From Chiloscyllium plagiosum (lineage: Eukaryota), in assembly GCF_004010195.1 (NCBI RefSeq), contig NC_057750.1, positions 5,426,438 to 5,477,123 of the forward strand: DNA of 50,686 bases, in the 5' to 3' direction. Of the stretch, positions 35,291-48,460 are shown piece after piece. The position numbers were made by a program, and so were the translations under genes. The notes under the pieces are model-generated. The model saw only the letters and a list, made by a program, of their open reading frames with translations. It had not been told where the DNA came from and made no database searches. Numbering within the stretch: position 1 is the stretch's first letter; the number at the start of each line of letters is the position of its first letter.

Positions 35291-37590
35291 AGTATTTCAA
35301 AGAGATTTTGGGATTATAAAAAGTGAAAAAAAACTGTGGATATTGTAAATTGGAAACAGAAACAGAAATCAATGGAAAAGCTCAGCAGGTTTGACAGCAT
35401 TTGTGGAAAGAAATCAGAGTTTGGTTTGGGTATTCCTTCCTGGGTTCTAAGGAATGAACACCAGACCCAAAACGTTAACTCTGATTTCACTGCACAGATG
35501 CTGCCAGACCTACTGAGTTTTTCCAGCAATTTCCGGTTCTGATTTATAGTTCTTTCAGTTTTTATTAACCCAGAGACCCAGGTAATGTTCTGGAGACCTG
35601 GATTCAAATGCCACCACGGCAGATAATGGAATTCAAATTAAATAAAAAAATCTGGAATTAGATATCTAATGATGATCATGACCCCATTGTTCATTGTTCA
35701 AAAAGAAACTCCATCTGGTTCACTAATGTCCAAAGAAAACTGTCATCTTTACCCGGTCTGGCCTACATGTGACTCCAGACCACAGCGATGTGGTTCACTC
35801 TTAATTTCCTTCTGGACAATTAGGGATGGGCAGGGACACCCAATTCCTGCAAATGGCAAAAAAAGCCTGGAAGCTCAAAGTGAGCCATGTGTTCCCCCTG
35901 CTGGTGTGGTATTGTAACTGCATACTGACCAAACTGGTTTTATTATCTGAAGTCACAGGTTAATAATTTAGATGGTAACCTTCCAGCAGAGAATCCTGAC
36001 TGAAGAGGGTTAACCTCCTGACCACCATCTACAAGGCACAAATCAGGAGTATGAAGCCCAGTTGCCTGGATAAGTGAAGTTTCAACCATTTGTATACAGT
36101 CAATGAGATGCAGTACAGCAACCCAAGTTGAAATCACCAGGACAAAGCGCACCCGTTTGATTTTTGTCAGGTTGTAGATATTCATGACTATGTGACTGCA
36201 GGAGTAGGCCATTCAGCCCCTTGATCCTTTCCACCATTAATGAGATTATGACTAATCTGTGACCTAACTCCATATACCTGCCTTTCACACGTTTCCTTTA
36301 ATACCTTTGCTGAACAAAAATATTTCTCAGATTTAAAATTAACAACAAAGACTGAGAGGGAGTATTTTGTCACCTTTTGCTTTTTTGGAATTTTGTTTAC
36401 CCAGTCTATATTCCTTTTCCACCCATAGTGTATATGTAAACTATCTATCTTATGACTTTATTGTGAATGAGTGTGTGTGTGTGTGCATTTGGAGCTCTGA
36501 AGATGTACAATTTAAGTATCATAAATTACAAATCCTATTCTGTGCTATTGCTGTTCAGGTTAAATGTGTTACAATACAGAGTTTTTTGATGTGAATTATT
36601 TTTGTCTTGAGTAGCAGTCATTCAGGCAAATTGATCATCTCATTGGGATTTTATACATTTTGTGAAATTTAGGGAAAAGGAGCATCACAGCACAGGAGCG
36701 CCATCAGATGACAAGTAAATGTATTGCAACAGCTTCATAAAATGCTCAGTCCTCTCCCAAGCTTTGATCAAATTCCTTTCAAAGTCTTGGGCCGGTGGCT
36801 CATCACTTGTTCTGTCACCAGTAAACTGTCAGTCCAGACTTCAGGATGTAAACCTTTAGCCTGATGCTATGGTGTAACACTAAGTGAATGCTGCCCTGTC
36901 AGAAGTGCTGTGTATTGGATGAGAGATTCCTGTTCGATCTCCCAGACTCGATGGGCTGAATGGCCTAGTTCTTATGGTCTTATGGCTCTCCACATCTAGA
37001 ATAAAACAGAATTGCGGATGGTGGAGATCACAGAGAGAGAAAGAAATTGCTGAGGAAACTCTACTGGTCTGACAGGATTTGTGGAGAGAAAGCTGAGCTA
37101 AAGTTTTGATGAAGGGTCACTGAACATTAATTCTATTTCTCCCTCCACAGATGCTGCCAGACCTTCTGAGTTTCTCCAACAATTTCTGTTTTTTGTTTCG
37201 GATCTCCAATATCTGCAGCTCTTAGTTTTATTTATTCTCTCTACTCAGGATCAAACACTGTGGACAATCAATCATCGCGATCTCTCTCCAATCTGATTTC
37301 AGTAATTGAAGATGCCCTGAGTGAAGACTGTGACATCAAAATCACAATCAAACCCTGTGAAAATGTACTCCAAACGTGGCTGGGCCCAGACTGCTGAGAG
37401 TGTCTCTTTATGTGGATGGTCTTACTCTCAGGCCCTATATTCTGATTACTGCAATTCCTCCAGGGTTACTCCAGCACCTTTGCTATCAGACAGCATTGTT
37501 CACTTCTGAGTCAGAGAGTGCTGGGTTTGAATTCCATCCTGGACACCCTTAAGCATAGATGTTCCTAGTTCCTGGGCTGCTGGAGCACAG

Positions 37591-37789
37591 AGCTGAAAAT
37601 GTGTTGCTGGAAAAGCGCAGCAGGTCAGGCAGCATCCAAGGAGCAGGAGAATCAACGTTTCAGGCATGAGCCCTTCTTCAGCCCGAAACGTCGATTCTCC
37701 TGCTCCTTGGATGCTGCCTGACCTGCTGCGCTTTTCCAGCAACACATTTTCAGCTCTGTGCTCCAGCATCTGCAGCCCTCACTTTCTTC
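37591..37789. repeat. Fold-back Penelope-derived element family B (CTGA[T/A]GAAGGGC...GCCCGAAACGTC consensus core)
   Basis: Palindrome with 14-bp flank duplication CTGCTGGAGCACAG 37577-37590 and 37790-37803. Other copies: 1080-1298, 14926-15088, 25386-25577, 27435-27646. Confidence 0.8.
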
Positions 37790-37865
37790 CTGCTGGAGCA
37801 CAGCAGTTGCAAGTTCCGTCTTTCAAGTGGAACATATAAATCAAACATGGTTCTTTTTAAGATTT

Positions 37866-38170
37866 AATTAGATTAGATTCCCTACAGTAAGGAAGCAGGC
37901 CCTTTGGCCCAACAAGTCCGTTCCGACCCTCCAAAGAGTAACCCACCTCCCTCTGACTAATGCACCGAGCACTATGGACAATTTAGCATGGCCAATTCAC
38001 CTGACCTGCACATCTTTGGAATGCGGGGGGAAACCGGAGCACCCGGAGGAAATCCACACAGACACAGGAAGAATGTACAAACTCCACACAGACAGTCACC
38101 CAAGGCTGGAATCAAACCTGGGACCCTGGCACTGTGAGGCAGCAGTACTAACCACTGAGCCACTGTACCT
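37866..38170 (-). mobile_element. HE1-like SINE
   Basis: Reverse complement of the same family, with AATCT-repeat tail. Confidence 0.8.
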
Positions 38171-38744
38171 CCCCACTAAAAGGCGATAACAAGCAAATTA
38201 TTTCACTCAATGTGGAATTTGTTTGTTATTGTCCTTGATAGGTGATGAATGATATGATGTTGCCTCCAACAGGATTCTTAATTCGATGAGGAAACGTTTA
38301 TGTTGTCTCCTGTAACATTAGAAACTGGACCTGGACATTGTGGTATTGAAGAATTCATCAAAAACCTCTTCCAACTAGCTATTCTATGCAGATATTACAC
38401 TCTTCTGGTAGATCAGATTGAGCTATTGAGTTAAATGGAGCAGCACACTTCCAGTGAAATGATCAAGTAATCAAGTGATCCAGATTACGAGAGACTCTAC
38501 GATCCTTATACTCTCACATCACATGCTGAGATATAGTGATAGGCATTTTCCTTAAAGATATACTGACTATGAGATATTCGACAACAGAGAGCAGCTGCAC
38601 TTCGTATGGTGTAGGGATACCTACAGTTAGGGAGTTCCAGGATTTTGACCCAGCAACATTGAAGGAACAGCAATATTAAGTGTGTCCTCGAACATTGTTA
38701 AAAGCTAGGGAAGAAATTGCAGGGCCTCTAGCAGAAATACTTTT

Positions 38745-39230
38745 AGAGTCATAGAGATGTACAGCACGGAAACAGACCCTTCGGTCCAACCTGTCCATGC
38801 TGACCAGATATCCCAACCCAATCTAGTCCCACCTGCCAGCACCCGGCACATATCCCTCCAAACCCTTCCTATTCATATACCCATCCAAATGCCTTTTAAA
38901 TGTTGTAATTGTACCAGCCTCCACCACTTCCTCTGGCAGCTCATTCCATACACGTACCACCCTCTGCGTGAAAAAGTTGCTCCTTAGGTCTCTTTCGTAT
39001 CTTTCCCCTCTCACCTTAAACCTATGCCCTCTAATTCTGGACTCCCCGACCCCCAGGGAAAAGATTTTCTCTATTTACCCTATCCATGCCCCTCATGATT
39101 TTATAAATCTTTATAAGGTCACCCCTCAGCCTCCGACGCTCCAGGGAAAACAGCCCCAGCCTGTTCAGCCTCTCCCTATAGCTCAAATCCTCCAACCCTG
39201 GCAATATCCTTATAAATCTTTTCTGAATCC
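38745..39230 (-). mobile_element. CR1 3' fragment nested antisense in older CR1
   Basis: ORFs 39031-39312 and 38823-39014 (RRLRGDLI..., FFTQRVVRVWNELPEEVV); CTATGACTCT tail at 38745. Confidence 0.85.
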
Positions 39231-40593
39231 TTGTATCATCATTAGCCACAAGTGAGGTGCTAGAGGACTGAAGGGTGGCTAAGGTTGTGCCTTTATTTAA
39301 GAAAGGCTGCAAGGTGAAGCCTAGGAACTATAGACCAGTGAGTCAGAAGTCAATGGTGGGTAAATTGTTGGAGGGAATTCTGAGAGAGAGAGGAGTTACA
39401 TGCATTTGAATGGGCAAGGACTGCTGAGGGATAGTCAGTATGGCTCTGTGCGTTGGAAATCATGTCTCACAAACTTGATTGAGTTTTTTGAGAATGTGGC
39501 CTAGAGGATAGATGAAAGCAGAGTGGTATATGTTGTCTAGGCCTTCGACAAGGTTCCGTATGGTAGACTGATTAGTAAAATTAGATCACATGGGATTCAG
39601 GGAGAGCTTGCCAATTGATTTCAAAATTGGCTTCACAGTAGGAGACAGAGGGTGATGGTGGAAGGTTGTTTTTCAGACTGGAGGCCTGTGACCAGCGGTG
39701 TTCCGCAGGGATTGGTGCTAGGTCCACTGTTATTTGTCATTTATGTAAATGATTTGAATGAGTATATGGGGAGCATGGATAGTACGACTGTGGATGACAC
39801 CAAAAGGTTTAGTGGACGGTGAAGAAAGTTATCTAAGATTATAAAGGGATATTGATCTATAGAGGCAATGGGCTGAGGAGTGGCAGATAGCATTTAATTT
39901 GGATAAATGGGATTTGTTGCATTTTGGTAGGATGAACAAAGGCAGGACTTATGCAGTTAATAGTAGGGCCCTATGGAGTGTTGTAGAACAGAGACACCTA
40001 GGTGTTCAGGTACTTAGTTCATTGAAAGTTGCATCACAGGTAGATAGACTGGTAAAGAAGGCATTTGGCATGCTTGCTTTCATTGATCAAACCATTGCGT
40101 ATAGGAGTTGGGATGTCCTGTTGCACAGGACATTGGTAAGGCCACTTTTGGAGTACTGTGTGTAGCTCTGGTCACCCTGCTGTAAGGAGTATGCTATTAA
40201 ATTGGAAAAGAGGCAGAAAAGATTTACCAGGATGTTATCAGGACTGGAGGGTTTGAGTCATATGGAGAAGCTGGATAAGCCAGGACGTTTTTCATTGGAG
40301 AGTAGAAAATTGAGGGGTGACCTTCCAGAGGTTTATAAAATTGTGAGGGGCATAGATAAGGTCAATAGCAAAGGTTTTTGCCTTGGGGTCAGAGATTTCA
40401 AAACTAGAGGGCATAATTTTAAGGTGAGAGGAGGGAGATTTAAAAGGGACCTGAGAGGCAATGTTTCCACACAGAGGGTGCTTTGTGTGTGGACTGAACT
40501 GCCAGAGGAAGTAGTAGATGCAGGTACAATTACAACATTTAAAAGACATTTGGATAAGTACATGAATAGGAATGGTTTAGAGGGATATGAGCC

Positions 40594-42865
40594 TCTCATA
40601 TAGAACTCATAGGCGGGCAGATTCTGGAAAAATGCAGAAGTAACAGGGTTGTTGTTATGGGTATTTTCAACTTTCCCAATATCGACTAGAACCTCCTAAG
40701 TGCAGATGGTTTGGATGGAGCTGTTTTTGTCAGGTGTGTTCAGGAGGGTTTCCTTACTCAGTATGTAGACAGANNNNNNNNNNNNNNNNNNNNNNNNNNN
40801 NNNNNNNNNNNNNNNNNNNNNNNNNNNNNNNNNNNNNNNNNNNNNNNNNNNNNNNNNNNNNNNNNNNNNNNNNNNNNNNNNNNNNNNNNNNNNNNNNNNN
40901 NNNNNNNNNNNNNNNNNNNNNNNNNNNNNNNNNNNNNNNNNNNNNNNNNNNNNNNNNNNNNNNNNNNNNNNNNNNNNNNNNNNNNNNNNNNNNNNNNNNN
41001 NNNNNNNNNNNNNNNNNNNNNNNNNNNNNNNNNNNNNNNNNNNNNNNNNNNNNNNNNNNNNNNNNNNNNNNNNNNNNNNNNNNNNNNNNNNNNNNNNNNN
41101 NNNNNNNNNNNNNNNNNNNNNNNNNNNNNNNNNNNNNNNNNNNNNNNNNNNNNNNNNNNNNNNNNNNNNNCAGATAGGGGAAGCCCTAAATGAGTTTTTA
41201 GCTTCGGTTTTCACCAAGGAAAGGGACCTTATTATAAATGAAAACTTTGAGGAGTTGGGAAACAGGCTTGACCAGATCAAGATTGATGGAGTTGATGTGC
41301 TGGAAATTTTGGCAAACATTAAGATTGATAAGTCCCCAGGGCCAGACCAGATTTATCCTCGGTTGCTCCAGGAAGCGAGAAAGGAGGCTGCTAAGCCGCT
41401 GGCGAGGATATTTGCCTCCTCACTCTCCACGGGAGTCATACCGGAGGATTGGAAGGAGGCGAATGTTGTTCCTCTTTTCAAGCAGGGGAATAGGGAAATC
41501 CCTGGCAATTATATACCAGTCAGTCTTACGTCTGTGATCAGCAAGGCTTTGGAAAGAATTCTGAGGGATAGGATTTATGACTATTTGGCAAAGCATAGCG
41601 TGGTTAAAGGCAGTCAGCATGGCTTTGTGAGTGACAGGTCATGCCTCACAAATCTTATTGAGTTCTTTGAGGAGGTGACAAGACAGGTCAATGAAGGTCG
41701 AGCAGTGGATGTAGTGTAAATGGACTTCAGCAAGGAATTTGATAAGGTTCCCCATGGTAGACTCATTCATAAAGTCAGGAAGTATGGAATACAGGGAGAT
41801 TTGGCTGTCTGGATTCAGAATTGGCTGGCTGACAGAAGGCAGAGAGTGGTTACAGATGGAAAGTATTCTGCCTGGAGGTCAGTGTTGAGTGGGGTCCCGC
41901 AGGGCTCTGTTTTTGGGCCTCTGCTCTTTGTAGTTTTTATAAATGACTTGGATGAGGAGGTTTGGGGTGTGGGTTATTAAATTTGCAGATGACACAAAGG
42001 TCGGAGGTGTCGTCAATAGTATAGAGGGCTATTGCAGGGTGCAGCGCAACATAGACAGGATGCAGAGCTGGGCTGAGAAGTGGCAGGTGGAGTTCAACCT
42101 GGATAAATGCGAAGTGATGCATTTTGGTAGGTCGAACTTAAATGCTGAATATATGATTAAAGACAGGATTCTTGGCAGTGTGGAGGAACAGAGGGATCTG
42201 GGTGTGCAAGTTGCCACCCAAGCGGATAGGGTTGTTAAGAAAGCATATGGTGTTTTGGCTTTCATTAACAGGGGGATCGAGTTTAAGAGCGAGGTTTTGC
42301 TACAACCCTACAAGTCCCTGGTGAGACCACACTTGGAATATTGTGTCCAGTTCTGGTCGCCCTACTATAGGAAAGATACAGAGACTTTGGAGAGGGTGCA
42401 AAGAAGGTTTACCAGGATGCCGCCTGGACAGGAGGGTTTGCTTTATGAAGAAAGGTTGAATAAGCTCAGACTTTTCTCTCTGGAGAGAAGGAGGAAGAGA
42501 GGAGACCTAATTGAGGTATACAAGATAATGAGAGGAATAGATAGAGTCAATAGCCAGAGACTTTTCCTCAGGGCAGGATTGGCTGGTACGAGTAGTCATA
42601 GTTTGAAGATATTAGGAGGAAGGTATAAAGGAGATGTCAGAGGTAGGTTCTTTACACAGAGAGTTGTGAATGTATGGAATGCATTGCCAGCTGTGGTGGT
42701 GGAAGCAGAGTCATTAGGAATATTTAAGTGACTGCTGGACATTCACGTGGATAGCTGTGAGTTGAGGGGTGCGTAGGTTAAGTTATTATATTTTACATTA
42801 AGGTTAAACCTCGGCACAACATTGTGGGCCAAAGGGCCTGTTCTATGTGGTACTTTTCTATGTTC
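40594..42865 (+). mobile_element. Younger CR1 LINE ORF2 (endonuclease end + reverse transcriptase), disrupted, spans gap
   Basis: [55 protein letters not shown]; TTCTATG tail; TSD TATGAGCC at 40586-40593 and 42866-42873. Confidence 0.92.
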
Positions 42866-43909
42866 TATGAGCCAAAGATAGGCAAATAGGACTAGTTTAG
42901 TTTGGGAAACTTGGTCAGCATGGACGAGTTGGACTGTTTCTGTGCTATATGGCTCTATGACTCTAGGTTAGGGTGGTGAACGGCTTGGAGGGCAACCTGC
43001 AGGTGCTGAATCTTGCATCTCAAGTGAATGTAAAATACCTTATCTCGAAGAAAACTAGTGGAGATTTTCCACTTGTACTGGGGACAAAATGTATCCTTAA
43101 TAAACATCAACAAAAACAGCTGATCTGGAGCTTTTTAAAAAAAAACAGAAGATATGGGCGTCACTGGCTGGGCCAACATTTAGTGTCCCATCCCTAGTTG
43201 CTCCTTGAGAAGGTGGTGGTTAGCTGCCTTCTTGAACCGCTGTGGGTCCATTTGCTGTAGATCGACCCACAATGCTGTTGGGGAGGGAATTAATCATTAA
43301 TCAATTGCTATTAGCGGGAGGTTGTTGGGCACAAGTTGGCACCCATATTTCTTACATTACCGCAGTGGAAACACTTCCAGAAAGTACTAAATTGGCTTTG
43401 GAAAGGTGTGAGGTTCTGACAGGCGCCAGAGAAATGCACATCCATCTCTGTACACAGATGGTAAACCTGTCTTTACAAAGTCAAGGGAGTGAAGCCATCA
43501 CAGTTAATTAAGATTAGAAAACCAAGCTTTGGGGCTTTACAGTGCTGATAAGGAAGCCAATCCTTTTGTACGGGTTGGGTTTTATTCTGCGAGACGAGCT
43601 GTCAAGACACTTTGGCGAAAACTCACAATGCACAATGAGCGAATTTAAACGATTGGTTGTGAGAAACCTTCCCTGAGCTATATGATGCCAGGGATTGGAG
43701 TCCATTTAAAGATTAAAAAGGCAGGGTGAACGAAAATGTCCTGTCATGATGGAATGCCACTGAACCTGATTAAAGATCAACTTTGATCATAATCTCAACA
43801 AACCAAGCGAGAGAGACGATGATACGGTTTAACAGATAGGGCGGTCGCCTCAGCACCCAGGGCATTCTGTCACTGCCCGTTTCCATTAAACTGAGGACCA
43901 GAATCTTAG

Positions 43910-44071
<162 letters not shown>

Positions 44072-44689
44072 TAAGATTCTGCTCTGAAAGGGGGAGGAGA
44101 GGAGAAGTGGGGTTTACTGGATATATATTCACCCATCAGACCAAAAACCGCAGAGAAATCCCTGGCTACAATTTCTGTCAGACTTATTCACACATTTAAA
44201 CAAAAACGTTAAATTAACCCTTGATTATTGGGTTCATGTGTGATTATATGGAGGGTTTAACAAATTCTACATATACCCTCTGGTTTTTGCCTGACTGCTT
44301 GAATTTTGATGCGCATGAATATTTTTGGTAATTTACGGACTTAATGTCAGTTAACTATTATTCAGATAGCAATTAAATCAAACTAGATTCAAATTTGATT
44401 TTCCAAAACTATGATGACAAGTGTGGGATTGTGAATGAATGATGATGTATCGAACTTTTACTAGTTTAGTTATTCAGCATAATATTCGGCCTGTGGAGAT
44501 TTAAATTGAACTAATAAATTTGGAGTTGAAAGTTAACCCTAGTCATAACTACCTTAAAGCTATCGACACTAATCTCTAGGGAAAGAAAGCTGCCATTTTA
44601 GCCAACATGTGAAGAAAAGTCTTTCTGAATAAGAGTCATATTTGAAACAGTCACATCCCATGACAGCAGCTGGGATCATTTAAAACCAA

Positions 44690-45860
44690 TTGGAAAGATG
44701 GTGCTGAGCTGCCCTTTGAACTACCACAGTCCACCTGGTATAGGAAGACCCACAATGCCATGAGGGAGGGAATTCTAGGATTTTGACCTAGTGACACTGA
44801 AGGAACAATGACATATTCCCATGTCAGGATGGTAAGTGGGTGCGATGGGAACTTGCAAAGGGTGGTGTTTCCATATATCTGCTGCCCTTGTCGTTCTTGA
44901 TGGAAGTGGTCATGGGTTTGGAAGGCGCATCTTGTAGATGTAACACACTGCTGCTCCTGAGTGTCGGGGGTGGAGGAAGTAGATGCTTGTGGATGTTGTG
45001 CCAATCAAGCGGACTGCTTTGTCCAGGATGGTATCAAGCTTCTTGAGTTCTTTGCAAGGTTTGTGAAGGTTTGTAGCTCAGGTTGAGGTTTAAGGTGTAA
45101 GTTTGCTCGCTGAGCTGTAGGTTTGATATCCAGACGTTTCATTACCTGGCTAGGTAACATCATCAGTGGTGACCTCCAAGTGAAGCGAAGCTGTTGTCTC
45201 CTGCTTTCTATTTATATCTTTCTCCTGGATGGGGTTCCTGGGGTTTGTGGTGATGTCATTTTCTGTTCAATGTCTGAGGGGTTGATAGATGGTATCTAGA
45301 TCTATGCATTTGTTTATGGCGTTGTGGTTGGAGTGCCAGGCCTCTAGGAATTCTCTGGCATGTCTTTGCTTAGCCTGTCCCAGGATAGATGTGTTGTCCC
45401 ATCGAAATGGTGTTTTTTTTTGTCCATGGTACAACCCACGGACAAAAACAACGTCATCTACAGAATTCGATGCAAGGACTGCCACAAACACTACGTAGGA
45501 CAAACAGGAAGAAAGTTAGCCACCAGGATACACAAACACCAGCTAGNNNNNNNNNNNNNNNNNNNNNNNNNNNNNNNNNNNNNNNNNNNNNNNNNAGCTT
45601 CGCTTCACTTGGAGGTCGCCACTGATGATGTTACCTAGCCAGGTAATGAAACGTCTGGATATCAAACCTACAGCTCAGCGAGCAAACCTACACCCTAAAG
45701 CTTCTTGAGTAGTGTTGGAGCTGCCCCCATCCAGGCAAGTGGAGAGTATTCCATCACACCCCTGATTTAGGGAGTGAGCAAGTTATTTGCTGCAGGATTC
45801 CTAGCCTCTCACCTGCCCTTGCAGCCACTATACTTATATGGCTAGTCCAGTTCAGGTTAA
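44690..45860 (-). mobile_element. L2/CR1-group LINE 3' remnant (host of the Penelope insertion)
   Basis: Minus strand VMEYSPLAWMGAAPTLLKKL near 45700-45760. The 3' sequence recurs elsewhere (e.g. 10370-10630, 30230-30500, 47090-47540). Confidence 0.6.
45049..45697. mobile_element. Penelope-like element remnant: GIY-YIG endonuclease fragments in inverted arrangement, hammerhead motif
   Basis: Plus strand NVIYRIRCKDCHKHYVGQTGRKLATRIHKH (GIY-YIG); minus strand WDNTSILGQAKQRHAREFLEAWHS. Inverted ends about 45094-45192 and 45596-45697. CTGATGA..GAAAC at 45622-45652. 13-bp TSD AAGCTTCTTGAGT at 45036-45048 and 45698-45710. Contains N gap. Confidence 0.85.
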
Positions 45861-46680
45861 CTTTTCATCCAACAGATCACATCCCTGATAGTGGTTGCTC
45901 TGGGCATGTTGGGCTCAATTGAGTGTTGGGCTTGGATCTCTGGAGTGGGACTTGAACCCACAACCACCTGACTCAGGAGAGGCCCACTGAGCCTGGGCTG
46001 CATTATTAAAACAGACATTGTGAGTACATGTGTTGGTCACGATTAGAAGTTAAGATCAAGATGGGTTGACAGAAATAAGCCTGGGGCTGTGTAGAATTCA
46101 ACACACACAGCTAAACCATTCTGAGAGACGAGGGAAGTGGACTGAAGGAGTTGTAGGTGACTGATTTGAAATCAAGTCACCCAAAGTTAGTTTACTGGTT
46201 CAGTGCATTCCAAGGTAAAGATGAAATGTTTTCTTTGCTGTGTTCATCTTCCCTACAAACCTGCACCTCCTCCTCTGTACCCAGGTGAGAAGACATTCAT
46301 CCTATGAGTACCATTCATTCTCCACACTGCCCTCATCCTCCCTAGGGACATAGGAACAGGAATAAGCTATTCAGCCCCTTCAGCCTATTCTGATATTCAG
46401 TGAAATCATCCTAACTCCACACACCTGCCTTAGGCCCACGTCTCATAATATCTTTGATTAACAAAAAATTATCTATTTCAGATGTAAAATTATCTGATTT
46501 AGCATCACTCTAATTTGTGGGAATGAGTTCCAAATATCTACCACCCGTTGTGTGTAGAATTGCTTCCTAACATCTCTCCTGAACTAGCCCTAAGAATCTC
46601 CAATCAATGGAAATAGTTCATCTTTATCTACCCTGTCTTTACCCAGTGTGTTATAGCTGAACTTTGCCCTTCCTTATTCT

Positions 46681-47077
46681 TGTAGTGATTATAATGAGGT
46701 CAGCAGCTGGATGTCATAGAATATGAGTTCCCTGATTGGGGATGTTAACCTGGTCCAATCAGGGAACCCTGGCTGACAGATATAAACAGGAGTGTCTGGG
46801 GTGGAGGCTGCTGCACACAGCAGTCCCCTGCAACCGCAGGTTGCGGTAAAAAAAAAGAAAAAAAAAAAAAAATAAATAAACTGCCAGGCCCTTTGATGTG
46901 AAGGGCAGTGTTTGTCACTGACCACCCGGGTTAAAAAAAAACAAAAAAAACAGGAGTGTCAGAGGTTCTTTTCACTGTGAGAGCTGGTTCTGAGGGAGCT
47001 GGGTAAGTGTCAAGGACTCTTCCTGTGTAAATAAAGTGTGATGATGACAGGACACAGGCTTCTGTGAAGTTATTTCA
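46681..47077 (+). mobile_element. Solo LTR-like element interrupted by Tx1 fragments
   Basis: TG...CA ends, flanks ATTCT/ATTCC (near 5-bp TSD), CCAAT boxes, TATAAA 46781-46786, AATAAA near 47030. Confidence 0.7.
46797..46947 (+). mobile_element. Short Tx1-derived insertion (ORF2 piece + A-tract, 3'UTR piece + A-tract)
   Basis: 46797-46840 matches the reverse complement of about 33933-33975; 46888-46930 matches the Tx1 3'UTR near 33407-33450. 13-bp TSD AAACAGGAGTGTC at 46784-46796 and 46948-46960. Confidence 0.8.
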
Positions 47078-48019
47078 ATTCCCTTTGCTTTTATTCATTG
47101 TGTGGTGTTGCTGGCTAGGCCAGCATTTATTGCCCATCCCTAAATGTCCCTGGAGAAGGTCCCTAGAGATGCCGGTGTTAGACTGGGGTGTACAAAACTA
47201 AAAATCACACAACACTAGGTTATAGTCCAACAGGTTTAATTGGAAGCACTAGCTTTCAGAGAGCTGCTCTTTCATCAGATCATCAACCTGTTGGACTATA
47301 ACCTGGTGTTGTGTGATTTTTAACCTGGAGAAGGTGGTAGTGAGCTGCCTTCTTGAACCGCTGGAGCTAGGGAGGGAGTTCCAGAGTTTCGACCCAGTGA
47401 CAGTGAAGGTACGGCAGATTTTTTTATCAAGTCAAGATGGTGTAGGGCCCGGAAGGGAACTTGAAAGGGGTGGGGGTACTCTTATGCACCTGCTGCCCTT
47501 GTCCTAAGGTAGTAAAGAACACCAATTTGGATGGTGCTGTCAAAGACACCAAATATGCACTTTCTTCAGTAACCATGTAGCTCTTAGCCTTTTTGAAAGC
47601 TTATTTATTCACACAAGATATACACCACTGGCTAGATCAGCATTCACTGCTCAACTCTAATCGCCTCAAGGGCTGTTCTTACCTGGATTGGTCCACATAC
47701 CAGGCCAGACCCACAGCAACATGGCTGACTCCTAACTGCTGTCTGCAAGAGACTCACTCATCGTGATTAAGGTCAGCAAGTAAATGCAGGTCTTCCTGGC
47801 CAACACTCCATAAAATAATTTATTTATAAATCAAGTATTTATGCATTTGGCAAGTATAATGGATGGTAAACAACTTCGATAACAAAATGTCTGGATTAAC
47901 TGGAATGGGGATTCCTTAAAGATCTGTATTTCCACAGCATGACCTCTTAAAGAGCTGTACAGGCTGTAATTAAGTGGTGTTGGAAAGCATGACTGTGGCA
48001 TGCAGGGCTTCTATAATGC

Positions 48020-48420
48020 GGTTGTGCACTCTTGTAACATTTACGAGGTTGAACAACATTTTCTCAACCATCCCAAGTGTGCTAAGAATTACACTAACCA
48101 CCAACTTAAGTTTGTCAATTGTGCTCGTAATGAGGCTCACTTACTCTTGCTAGAATCATATACATTTATTTCTTTTGGAGGGATCTGTCTCCTATACACA
48201 AAAGGATAATGTTCAGGCATTGCACTATTTTTGAATTAGACCAAAGTATAGGTCTCTGGTGCATTTCCCACAACACTGCCTCGACCAATCAGATTTGGCT
48301 TGCTAACCAATCAGCACCCTTTCTACGTGCAGTATAAATTGATGTTCCCTTAGAAATTTAGCATTCTTGCATTTGTCCTGATGATCACAGAATGAACAGC
48401 TTCAGCAATGCAGTATCGTT
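48020..48420 (+). mobile_element. Old Penelope-like remnant just upstream of connexin exon 2
   Basis: QHFLNHPKCAKNYTNHQLKFVNCARNEAHLLLLES resembles the GIY-YIG C-terminal region; decayed hammerhead-like CTGATGA...GAACAGCTT from 48378. Confidence 0.55.
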
Positions 48421-48460
48421 TATAAAAATTTGACCCAGTAAATTCTCACTTTATTCTTAG

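Larger units (their letters stand above)
38680..42965 (+). mobile_element. Decayed CR1 (HER1-like) LINE ORF2, host of two nested CR1 insertions
   Basis: RT and C-terminal motifs (LHFGR, RPLLEYC, LRGDL, RHLDKYMN, EGY) with stops. The sequence resumes at 39231 and 42866 after the inserts and ends in a CTATGACT-type tail. Confidence 0.85.

Noticed and set aside
40696-41319. Long ORFs running through X residues
   Set aside because: Artefacts of the N gap 40774-41170; the same applies to ORFs over 50127-50246.
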